A stretch of 62,879 bases of DNA, filler included, from Octopus bimaculoides (lineage: Eukaryota): NCBI RefSeq assembly GCF_001194135.2. It is 4 parts of 4 records of this genome, joined end to end, with 100 filler letters (N's around TTAATTAATTAA, not from the genome) between each part and the next. Parts side by side here need not be neighbours in the genome. Positions count along the whole stretch, not along the records: positions 42,084 to 59,636 come from NC_069007.1; 3 more parts are not named here. The stretch is one strand, 5' to 3'. Position 1 is the first letter of the stretch, and each line of letters starts with the position of its first letter. Positions 42,152-52,573 of the stretch are shown here, piece after piece. Made by a program: the position numbers and the translations under genes. The notes under the pieces were generated by a model. The model was not told the DNA's origin. It was given only the letters and a program-made list of their open reading frames with translations, and searched no databases.

Positions 42152-42693
42152 TCATCATCATCATCGTTTAACGTCCGCTTTCCATGCTAGCATGGGTTGG
42201 ACGATTTGACTGAGGACTGGTGAGCCGGATGGCTACACCAGGCTCCAATCTGATTTGGCAGAGTTTCTACAGCTGGATGCCCTTCCTAACACCAACCACT
42301 CAGAGAGTGTAGTGGGTGCTTTTACGTGCCACCGGCACGAAGGCCAGTCAGGAGGTACTGGCAACGGCCACGCTTGAAATGGTGTATTTTAGGTGCCACC
42401 TGCACAGGAGCCAGTCCAGCGGTACTGGCAACGAACTCACTCGAATGCTTTTTCATGTGCCGCTGGCACAAGTGTCAGGAAGGCAACGTTGGTAATGGTC
42501 ACGCTCAAATGGTGCTATTTACGTGCAACCGGCACGAAAGCCAGAGAGCTGGTGCTCTGGCAACGATCACACTTGGACGGTGCTCTTAGTGATCTACTGG
42601 TACAGGTGCCATCACGATTTCGCTTTCGCTTGCCCCAACAGGTCTTCGCAAGCCGAGTTTAGTGTTCAATGAAGACGTTGGCATGGGTGCCAG
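42152..42693 (-). mobile_element. RTE-tailed non-autonomous retroelement (family C)
   Basis: Minus-strand 3' end ...ccaacccatgctagcatggaaagcggacgttaaac(gat)n. Internal imperfect tandem units of about 58 bp. Confidence 0.75.
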
Positions 42694-43776
42694 TCTACAA
42701 ATTTAGTTTGATTTATATATATACATATACATATATATATATACACACACACACATACACACAGATTGATAGTGTTTGTATATATCTGCATGCCCAATAA
42801 AAATGTACTTACCAATAACACATTCCAATGGAAGCAGATAAGATGATTGCCAACAAAGGTGCAGCAATTGCCAATATGAGTTCTGCAAAAGATATTAACA
42901 GTAACATTTGTATAAATACATATATACATACAGATGTATATAAGCACACACACACATATGTATTATTTATCTCTCTCTCTCTCTGTATATATATATATAT
43001 ATNNNNNNNNNNNNNNNNNNNNNNNNNNNNNNNNNNNNNNNNNNNNNNNNNNNNNNNNNNNNNNNNNNNNNNNNNNNNNNNNNNNNNNNNNNNNNNNNNN
43101 NNNNNNNNNNNNNNNNNNNNNNNNNNNNNNNNNNNNNNNNNNNNNNNNNNNNNNNNNNNNNNNNNNNNNNNNNNNNNNNNNNNNNNNNNNNNNNNNNNNN
43201 NNNNNNNNNNNNNNNNNNNNNNNNNNNNNNNNNNNNNNNNNNNNNNNNNNNNNNNNNNNNNNNNNNNNNNNNNNNNNNNNNNNNNNNNNNNNNNNNNNNN
43301 NNNNNNNNNNNNNNNNNNNNNNNNNNNNNNNNNNNNNNNNNNNNNNNNNNNNNNNNNNNNNNNNNNNNNNNNNNNNNNNNNNNNNNNNNNNNNNNNNNNN
43401 NNNNNNNNNNNNNNNNNNNNNNNNNNNNNNNNNNNNNNNNNNNNNNNNNNNNNNNNNNNNNNNNNNNNNNNNNNNNNNNNNNNNNNNNNNNNNNNNNNNN
43501 NNNNNNNNNNNNNNNNNNNNNNNNNNNNNNNNNNNNNNNNNNNNNNNNNNNNNNNNNNNNNNNNNNNNNNNNNNNNNNNNNNNNNNNNNNNNNNNNNNNN
43601 NNNNNNNNNNNNNNNNNNNNNNNNNNNNNNNNNNNNNNNNNNNNNNNNNNNNNNNNNNNNNNNNNNNNNNNNNNNNNNNNNNNNNNNNNNNNNNNNNNNN
43701 NNNNNNNNNNNNNNNNNNNNNNNNNNNNNNNNNNNNNNNNNNNNNNNNNNNNNNNNNNNNNNNNNNNNNNNNNNNN

Positions 43777-43841
<65 letters not shown>

Positions 43842-44120
43842 GAGAGAGACAGGGGGCACCAATGCTAGAGCAACAGTCATTTACAGGTGAGCAGACTGGT
43901 GCAAGGAGGAGGAGAGGAAGAAGGTCAGGAGAAGAAGTAGGTGAGGAGAAGGAGTAGAAGGTGAGGAGGAGGAGAGGAAAAGAAGTAGAAAAAGAAGAAA
44001 AGGGGAGAAGGAGGAGAAGGAGAAAAAGATGAAGTTTGAGGAGAAGAAGTAGGAGAGGAAGATGAAGAAGGAAAAAAAGGAAGAAGCAGAGTAATAATAA
44101 TAACAACAACAACAATAATA

Positions 44121-44183
<63 letters not shown>

Positions 44184-45211
44184 TACGCAAAACACTTTCA
44201 ATACAGTAAACATAAGAGCACCACAGCAAACCACAGCACATACCCAAGGCGCACAGAGCTGCGCTCGGTAGTGAAGTGAAAGCACGGTATAAAAATAAAA
44301 CTACTGAACAATAATAATAATAATAATAGTGATTTCAAATTTTGGCACAAGGCCAGCAAGGATTAAAGGCAAAGTCAGTATGTGAAGGCTAAGCATTTCG
44401 CCTNNNNNNNNNNNNNNNNNNNNNNNNNNNNNNNNNNNNNNNNNNNNNNNNNNNNNNNNNNNNNNNNNNNNNNNNNNNNNNNNNNNNNNNNNNNNNNNNN
44501 NNNNNNNNNNNNNNNNNNNNNNNNNNNNNNNNNNNNNNNNNNNNNNNNNNNNNNNNNNNNNNNNNNNNNNNNNNNNNNNNNNNNNNNNNNNNNNNNNNNN
44601 NNNNNNNNNNNNNNNNNNNNNNNNNNNNNNNNNNNNNNNNNNNNNNNNNNNNNNNNNNNNNNNNNNNNNNNNNNNNNNNNNNNNNNNNNNNNNNNNNNNN
44701 NNNNNNNNNNNNNNNNNNNNNNNNNNNNNNNNNNNNNNNNNNNNNNNNNNNNNNNNNNNNNNNNNNNNNNNNNNNNNNNNNNNNNATAATAATAATAAAA
44801 ATAATACATACATATATACATGCATACATACATACATACATACTTATTCAGGGACCTTTTGAGCGGGATGGGCTACTCGACCTGAAGAAAATTTTAACTG
44901 GGCCCCACCTGTGAGGTCATGCGCTGTTTATCTTGATATGAGATCACCATGTCGTGCACATATGGTTGTGATGCATGTACCTGGTGTACCCTTATCAGAC
45001 GGGTAGTCATGATGGGTATAATGGGCTTCGCATATTTTACCCCAGTGTCACTTTGATGGCATGCACTGCTCTCTCATACATACATACATACATACATACA
45101 TATGCTCATTGCAAATATAATTTTATAATCTGTAAGTGGAACAGTAAAAATATGCAAGACTTTTCTCAAATTGAAAATGTGACATTCTAACAATGGGGTT
45201 TTGTACCTTAG

Positions 45212-45231
45212 TTAGAAGCCAGATCCTTCCT
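45212..45231 (-). CDS. Candidate last coding exon of the lectin-CUB gene (K-EGSGF-stop)
   Basis: Very strong acceptor ttttcttccacttttaattatttgcattcttccccag|AG, 154 nt after the previous donor. The phase-1 reading gives (K)EGSGF*. An alternative AG 2 nt further on gives a different frame. Confidence 0.4.
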
Positions 45232-45385
45232 CTGGGGAAGAATGCAAATAATTAAAAGTGGAAGAAAACATACATACACACACATGTACATACATACACA
45301 AACACATGCACACACTCACATGCAATACATACATACACATATACACACATCCAACAACAGCATTATAAGTCAATAGTTAACTCAC

Positions 45386-45556
45386 TTGCATTGAATGGTA
45401 ACTTAGTTGTCTGTGAGAGAATGGAATGGTTAAAGGAAACATGGCTAAGGTGAGGAGTGTTCACTTGGTCAATTTTCCATTTCTTGTACCCAGAGCTGAT
45501 GCAGTTTAGATTTCCATCATAAAGATAGGACAGATTATTATTGGCAAATGTCTCTA
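45386..45556 (-). CDS. Internal coding exon downstream of the CUB domain (linker/stalk region)
   Basis: Acceptor ttttttatttgttgtttgttcacag|TA and strong donor GCAA|gtgagt. 171 nt, phase 1-1, open frame (V)ETFANNNLSYLYDGNLNCISSGYKKWKIDQVNTPHLSHVSFNHSILSQTTKLPFNA, in frame with the CUB exon. Confidence 0.72.
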
Positions 45557-45856
45557 CTGTGAACAAACAACAAATAAAAAAATGATTAGGTATACCGATA
45601 GGCAAATAAAACTATAAAAAGGTAAACAGAAAAATGAATAAGCCAGTTCACACACACACACACGTTTTTATCCAAAATGGAGACGAACACCATTCCTCCA
45701 TGTGATCAATTTGAAAAATTGTTCAGATATTAAGATATTTTTTTGACATGAAACCAATTGTAGCCTTAATACGCAAATAAAGAATCTCCAATCACAAATG
45801 TGGCGTTGAGCATGCATTCTCATAGTTCAACATTTATGTATGTGTGTGTATATATA

Positions 45857-46380
45857 TCATCATCATCATCATCGTTTAACGTCCGCTTTCCATGCTAGCA
45901 TGGGTTGGACGATTTGACTGAGGACTGGTGAAACCAGATGGCTACACCAGTTCCAATCTGATTTGGCAGAGTTTCTACAGCTGGATGTCCTTCCTAACGC
46001 CAACCACTCAGAGAGTGTAGTGGGTGCTTTTACGTGTCACCCGCACGAAGGCCAGTCAGGTGGTACTGGCAACGGCCACGCTCAAAATGGTGTATTTTAT
46101 GTGCCACCGGCACAAGAGCCAGTCCAGGAGCACTGGCAACGATCTCGCTCGAAAATCCTTACATATGTCATGGGCACAAGTGCCAGAAAGGCTACGCTGG
46201 GCACAGGTGCCATCCCGATTTCGCTTTCGCTTGCTCCAATAAGTCTTCGCAAGCTGAGTTTCGTGTCCAATGAAGGAGACAACGTTGGCATAGGTGCCAG
46301 TCGTCGAATTTAGTTCAATTTTGATTTCACTTGCCTCAAAAAGTCTTCGCAAGCGGAGTTTAGTGTCCAATGAAGGAAAG
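45857..46380 (-). mobile_element. Family C copy (intronic)
   Basis: First 200 bp nearly identical to the 42152 copy. Confidence 0.75.
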
Positions 46381-46602
46381 GTACGCATATATATATATAA
46401 TCTAATTAGAAGTTGTAGTTGTGTTAACCTCATGAAGGGCTGGTTTCATCCAAGGAAATACTGGTTCAATACTTGGTATTTTGGGGGAATGAATTTTCTT
46501 AACATAATAGGTATATATGAAAAACATAGTTTATATCCATTTAAAAAAAGAAAAAAAATGGAGACTATGAAGTTGATAATCGTTTACTATTAACAGCAAA
46601 TT

Positions 46603-46704
46603 GGACATCTTCACTTACAGCTGTTTCTATGAATTCTCAATAAACATTAAATTTACATTTATGTGACATGAGCACGAGATCATCAGAGGGGAAAAAGATG
46701 TACC
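46603..46704 (-). ncRNA. Type-I hammerhead ribozyme motif with an intact catalytic core
   Basis: Minus strand: ggtacatctttttcccct-CTGATGA-(52 nt)-GAAAC-agct-GTA-agtgaagatgtcc. The core nucleotides, GUA cleavage triplet, palindromic stem-loop III and bipartite stem I are all present. Stem II is non-canonical. Confidence 0.55.
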
Positions 46705-46975
46705 TTTGGATATTATATGTGTACTTGTATATCTTGGAATCATGTGGTTGGGAAGCAAGAATAATTACCATGCTTAAAGGAAAATAAAAATAAAAAATAT
46801 TGGGGTTGAATCATTTGACTAAATGTTCATCAAGGCAGTACCCCAGCATGGCCACAGTCTAATGTCTGAAACAAGTAAAAAAAGAAGATACACACACTGA
46901 CGCACACATAGTCTTAAATTAAAAACCACAAATCTTGCAATTATAGCTACCTAGGGTTTCCTGATCAAAATAATA

Positions 46976-48230
46976 TGAGGCTGAGTAAAAAGTAAGCAAC
47001 CTTTTGAAACATGAAATTCATCACAATATATTTTAACAATGTGGAAATTTAATTCATTAAAGTAAGTACCATTACAATCAATACATTTTTGCCAATGAGT
47101 TACAAATTTGTTTATTCTGGTAACATAAAAATCTGGAGTTCTGGAACTGATGTACTCTTTGAATGCATTTTCAGCATCGATTTGATATTTGAATTCCTTC
47201 TCTTGCAGGAAACCATCAAGGTGCTTGAAAAAGTGGTAGTCGGTGGGAGAAAAGTCTGGGGAATAAGCTGGGTGGGGAAGAACTTTGTAGCCAAGTTCCC
47301 ACAACTTCTGGAGTGTCATTAGGGAAACGTGTGGTCAAGCATTGTCATGAAGAATGATTGGTCCTCTTCTGTTGACCAGTCTGGGATGGAGGAGTAGCAG
47401 TTTTTCATTCATTTTCGCAATTTCATGGCAATATGTTTCTGCAGTAATGGCTTTTCCGGGTTTTAAAAAGTTATAGTGGATGAGTCCAACAGTACACCAC
47501 CAAACAGTCACCATGACCTTCTTTTTGAAGAGCTCAGGTTTAGGGAAGGTATTCGGTGCTTCATTTTGGTCCAGAGCTCGTTTTTCATCATTGTACAGAA
47601 TCCACGTTTCATCGCAAGTTACAATAGGGTTGAGAAATAGATCTATCTGGTTACAGAGAAGTGATGAGCAAATTTCATATCTGCGCATTTTCTGATTTTC
47701 ATTCAAATCGTGTGGAACCCATTTGTCGAGCTTTTCTGATTTTCCGATCGCATGCAAATGGTTGCAGGCAGTTTTCTGGCTAACTTGAAGTTCTTTTGCC
47801 AGTTCTCAAGTGGTTTTATGTGAACCTTTCTCAGTGATGGTCTTTAATTGACTGTCATCGATGACAGATTGGGCATCCACTATGCTCATGATCTTCAAGG
47901 CTCAGATCTCCTCTGCAAAATCTTTTAAACCATTTTCGAGCTGACCACTCACTGGTCATTTCCTCACCAAACGTTTCGTTGATATCGTGAGCAGTTTCAG
48001 CTGCTTTATGTCCTTTTTTGAAGTTGAATAGCAAAATTGCCCAAATATCGTGCTCTGACAGTTCCATTTCAGAAGAAATATCAATATTAATTTATTGATG
48101 CATTTGAGCAAGTCTATGACTATTATCAGACAATTTCAAAAAAAATATTTTTAAAAAATTCAAAACACTGCAAAAATCCAGTGCAAATTCGTCATGGTTC
48201 AAAATGTTGCTTACTTTTTAATCAACCTGA
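46976..48230 (-). mobile_element. Full-length but inactivated mariner (DD34D, Mos1/SETMAR-type) DNA transposon
   Basis: About 25-bp imperfect TIRs (tgaggctgagtaaaaagtaagcaac / gttgcttactttttaatcaacctga) with TA on both sides, about 1.25 kb. Broken transposase: HTH (47855-48067), WVPHDL and TCDETW...HDNA (47335-47757), YSPDFSPTDYHFF (46951-47319). Confidence 0.95.
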
Positions 48231-48510
48231 TAACTTATTCCTCCATTTATCTCTTCTTTAAATGTTATCCGCTCAAAAGACAACTGACAAATGGTCTTGC
48301 TTCCAGCTTGATAAATGGTGAAATAAATCATTATTTTGACCTGAAAACCCTGGGTAGCTATAATTTGTGATTTTTAATTTAAGATTATCTTTTACTCTCT
48401 TAATTAACTGAGTGTTTTTCTACTTGTTGAAGCATTATTACATTATATATATATATTGTTATATTTTTCATTCCAGATGCCATTATATTAAACATTTGTG
48501 AAGAGTAACC

Positions 48511-48890
48511 ATGCCACGCATAAAAAATTCAGCAAAGCTGTCAGATTTTCAAAGAGGTCGTATTATTGGGCAACCTGAGGCTGGTCTTAGCCAGCGAAAA
48601 ATTGCTGAAAATCTTCAAATTCCTCTTGCTATTGTTAATAGAATTATAGTGCAATTCAAAAACCAAGAGAAAGAATCAACAGATTCTTGTCCTGGCTGAC
48701 CTGGGCTCTCAGAAAGGAAGCTTCACTGTTTGAAGAGAATTGTGGAAAATGAACCTCGTTCGAAGGCTTCTGACATTGCAAAACAGTTAGAAGTTAGTCT
48801 AAGAATGTGTGTTACATATCTGCATAAGCTTGGGAATTATGGATGAGCAGTTAGAAGAAAACCTCTCCTTCAGTCAAATAATATTAAATA
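48511..48890 (+). mobile_element. Tc1-like transposase N-terminal fragment (pseudogene)
   Basis: MPRIKNSAKLSDFQRGRIIG...SQRKIAENLQIP...IVNRII is a paired-type HTH. It continues past stops into ...RSKASDIAKQL...RRKPLL, typical of Tc1. No catalytic domain. Confidence 0.8.
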
Positions 48891-49046
48891 AAAGATTCTG
48901 AAAATTTACGGTATCTATTTACTTCCTGCCTGTCTGTGTATAATATGTATATATAGATAGATAGATTCAGATGAATATGGTACTTGAGTTGAGGCACCAG
49001 AACTTAGTACAGTATTATCCATACAATTTCAAAATAAGGTGATTAA

Positions 49047-49186
49047 AATCAAAATAAGCAACAATGATATTCAGAGGTAATGTAGTACGGTCATACTGCA
49101 TACATACATTCAAACACATACATTCAAACGATACATTCAAACGATCATACTGCATTACCTCTGGATATCATTGTTGCTTATTTTGA

Positions 49187-49188
<2 letters not shown>
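49047..49188. repeat. Palindromic hairpin/MITE-like element (46-bp arms), intronic
   Basis: aatcaaaataagcaacaatgatattcagaggtaatg pairs with cattacctctggatatcattgttgcttattttgatt. Confidence 0.85.
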
Positions 49189-49218
<30 letters not shown>

Positions 49219-49372
49219 TTAACGTCCGCTTTCCATGCTAGCATGGGTTGGACGATTTGACTGAGGACTGGTGAACCGGATGGCTGCACCAGGCTCCAAT
49301 CTGATTTGGCAGAGTTTCTACAGCTGGATGCCCTTCCTAACACCAACCACTCAGAGAGTGTAGTGGGTGCTT
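49189..49372 (-). mobile_element. Family C, 5'-truncated copy (intronic)
   Basis: Same 3' 180 bp as the other copies. Confidence 0.75.
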
Positions 49373-49540
49373 GTGTGTGTGTGTGTGTGTGTATAGTTGA
49401 AGTTTATAGAAAAACAAAAGATGAAGACAGGTGTATGAACAACAAACTGGTGTATTAGCTTGACACTCAGGAAAATGAAGAAGTCTTTTATGTTTCGAGC
49501 CTATGCTCTTCAGCAGAAAAGAATACGAGAAACATGTTAC

Positions 49541-49906
49541 CTTCATAAGAAATCCAAAACCGAAACAGATGCACTTTGTTGCTAACCTGCATTAAGGTCA
49601 CACTACCACAAGCGAGAAAATATCTGGATTGAAAACTCTGTTTGTTTCTACAAATAATTTCATTGGTGAAGTTGTGGCCTTCACATGATCTCTCAGTGAC
49701 TATCTTTAAGCCAGCTGTACAAGCGCCTTTTGATGGTTCCTGCAGCATGACATCATGAAGACGCAGTATAATGAAAGAGCCCTGAGGAACATTGATTTTC
49801 CATTGGCAAGCACCAATGATAGACATAGAAGGATATTTCTCATTCTGGATGAATCCTTCTGGTTTCGAGAGTTCCCTGTTCCTGCAAGATTTCGTTATTT
49901 GGTTTT
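49541..49906 (-). CDS. Internal coding exon: complete CUB domain
   Basis: Pyrimidine-rich acceptor ttttttctttccttgtattttcag|AA and donor GAAG|gtaaca. 366 nt, phase 1-1, open frame NQITKSCRNRELSKPEGFIQNEKYPSMSIIGACQWKINVPQGSFIILRLHDVMLQEPSKGACTAGLKIV...IICRNKQ...VTLMQVSNKVHLFRFWISYE. This matches the CUB consensus C..G.I....YP....C.W.I.VP.G..I.L.....C....L.I....C......F...Y. Confidence 0.9.
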
Positions 49907-50082
49907 CTGAAAATACAAGGAAAGAAAAAATAAGACCACAGCATATTAATAAATAATCATTTCTCTCCCTCCCTCTTTATTTCTCACACTCTCTTGGTCT
50001 TTCTCTCTCTCTCTCTTTTTATTTCTTTCTCTCTTCCCTCTCTCTGTATTTGGAATTAGTGAAATGTAAAGATCATTCTAAC

Positions 50083-50310
50083 CTTTGACACAAGTATAAG
50101 TGACTTTTAGCCGTGTGTTGGGGCAAATGCTATCTAGCTGACATGCTTTCCGTCCCATGCAGCTGATTCGGAAGTTTTGAAACCATCGCTTCTGAAAATC
50201 GCTGTTTGTAGCACTTTCAGCATTGTAGAAAAGGATGATGGACCCCTCATCACATTCCAGGGTCTTTGATGATTGAAGGCACACATTTTGCAAACAGAAA
50301 TTCCAGGTAT
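50083..50310 (-). CDS. Internal coding exon: reduced SUEL-type (Gal_lectin/rhamnose-binding-lectin-like) domain of an uncharacterised lectin-CUB protein
   Basis: Acceptor tttcgttgcag|AT and donor AAAG|gttaga. 228 nt, phase 1-1, open frame TWNFCLQNVCLQSSKTLECDEGSIILFYNAES...NFRISCMGRKACQLDSICPNTRLKVTYTCVK. The Cys pattern (L-x-C-x2-G-x-I ... C-x-G-R/K-x2-C ... C-P-x-T ... V-x-Y-x-C) follows SUEL domains. Splices in frame across a 176-nt intron to the CUB exon. Confidence 0.8.
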
Positions 50311-50324
50311 CTGCAACGAAATGA

Positions 50325-50327
50325 TGA

Positions 50328-50363
<36 letters not shown>

Positions 50364-50735
50364 GAGTAGTAGTAGTAGTAGTAGTAGGAGTAGTAGTAGT
50401 AGGAGTAGTAGTAGTGGTGGTGGTGGNNNNNNNNNNGTGGCGGCGGCGGCAGAGGTGTGATGGTGGTAGTAGTAGCAGTAGAAGTGGTAGTGATGGTAGT
50501 GGTGGTGGAGGTGGTAGTGGTGGCAGAGGTGTGATGGTGGTAGTAGTAGTAGCAGTAGAAGTGGTAGTGGTGGTGATGGTAGTAGTAGTAGTGGTGGTGG
50601 TGGTGGTAGTGGCGGCAGAGGTGTGATGGTGGTGGTTGTAGTAGTAGTGATGGTGATAGTAGTAGTGGTAGTGGTGGTAGTAGTAGTAGTGGTGGTGGTT
50701 GTAGTGGTGGTAGTAGTAGTAATAGTAGTAGTAGT
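50325..50735. repeat. Compound (GTA)n/(GTG)n microsatellite with a higher-order unit (ggcagaggtgtgatggtggt x3) abutting the SUEL exon acceptor
   Basis: Direct reading. Confidence 0.9.
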
Positions 50736-50844
50736 ACAAGCAGCATCAATACTAAATTTTTCCAATTTTGGCACAAAGCCAGCAATTTCGAGAGGGAAGG
50801 GGAAATTCGATTACATAGATCCCTGTACCTGACTCTCTTTTTCT

Positions 50845-51241
50845 CTTTTTTCTCTCTTGTTTCAGTCATTTGACTGTGGCCATGCTGGAGGACTGCCTTT
50901 AGTTGAGCAAATCGACCCCAGGACTTATTCTTTGGAAGCCTAGTACTTATTCTTTCGGGCTCTTTTTGCTGAACCGCTAAGTGACGGGGACATAAACACA
51001 CCAGCATCAGTTGTCAAGCGATGTTGGGGGGACAAACACAGACACACAAACATATACACATACATATATATATATATATACATATATACGACAGGCTTCT
51101 TTCAGTTTCCGTCTACCAAATCCACTCACAAGGCTTTGGTCGGCCCGAGGCTATAGTTGAAGACACTTGCCAGAGATGCCACGCAGTGGGATTGAACCTG
51201 GAACCATGTGGTTGGTAAGCAAGGTACTTACCACACAGCCA
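50845..51241 (-). mobile_element. SINE family B full-length copy
   Basis: Head ggctgtgtggtaagtacc...ggttccaggttcaatcccactgcgtggc (B box); matches 11905-12300. Confidence 0.8.
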
Positions 51242-51244
51242 CAA

Positions 51245-51860
51245 TCTCCAAACGATGAAAGGCAAAGTTGACTTCATCGGGATTTGAAATCATAATGTCA
51301 AGATTCAGAGAAATTGCTGTTAAACATATTGTCTGATGTGCCACCGATTCTGCCAGCTCACCATCTTTAGCAAAAACAACAACAGAAATCATCATCATCA
51401 TCATCAACAACAATTTTGGTACAAGGCCAGTAGTTTCGGGGTTGAGGATATGATGATTACATTGACCCAGTATATAACTGGTACTTATTTTATCGACTCC
51501 CTCAAGGATGAAAGGCAAAGTCAACCTCAGTGGAATTTGAACTCAGAATGTGAAAGTGGATGAGACGTTGCTAATGAGTTTTACCCTCACCCTAACGATT
51601 CTGCCAGCTTGTCAAAATAGTAATATTAATGAAGTTGGTTTCAAATTTTGGCACAATGCCAGCAAGATCGAGGGATGAGTTAAGTTGGTTACATTGACCA
51701 TAAGCCCAGTATGTAACTGGTACTTATTTTATCGACCAAAAGGATAACAAGGAAAAGATGACTTCGGTGGAATTTGAACTCAGATTGTTTAGATAGAAGG
51801 AATACCACTAAGCAATATGCCTGGCGTGCTAACAATTCTGCCAGCTCATCACCCTTAATA
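51245..51860 (-). mobile_element. Three tandem SINE family A copies
   Basis: Repeated ttctgccagct heads and gatgaaaggcaaag cores on the minus strand. Confidence 0.8.
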
Positions 51861-52343
51861 TTGGCAAATATTAACAGGTTACAACAGTAACAATGACAAA
51901 ATATGCCGTTTGAGTGTTTAGAGATAACGAACTTTTTAACTTTAATGAAATAAGAGAAGAATGTGTCAGAAGTACTTGACAAAAGCAGAGGAAACACTTA
52001 GCATTATAATTCCATTATATTGGTCAAAGAATTTACATGAAGCACCACAAGTAAAAAAAAACTAAGAAAATGAATTAGTTTTGTCTGGGGAGATAAGACA
52101 CACACACATACATAACATATATATACACACATACACATACACAGACATACGCATACATACATTCAAACACATTCACACTCACATTTACACACACACACAC
52201 ACACACAAACACACAAACACACACACAAATGCATATACACATACATAGATGCACAGACATATAAAAAACACATACATACACATATATTCCAGAAACAATT
52301 AAACACAATCATACACTTATAATCAGCATTCACACACACACGC

Positions 52344-52423
<80 letters not shown>

Positions 52424-52573
52424 CCACATCCATGAATGAATCTATCTGGTAAGACAAAACCCCAACGGATCTTTACGGATCCACAGCTGTTTCACTGACT
52501 AACAAACATTAGTCATTTGGCTACAAACAGCATCACAACTTATATCAATGCTTGTGCACACATATTGTATCTG

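Noticed and set aside
50311-51007. Upstream three-quarters of the 309-aa ORF 50078-51007 (poly-H/Y/T/P)
   Set aside because: This is microsatellite and SINE B sequence in the intron. Only 50310-50083 is supported as coding.
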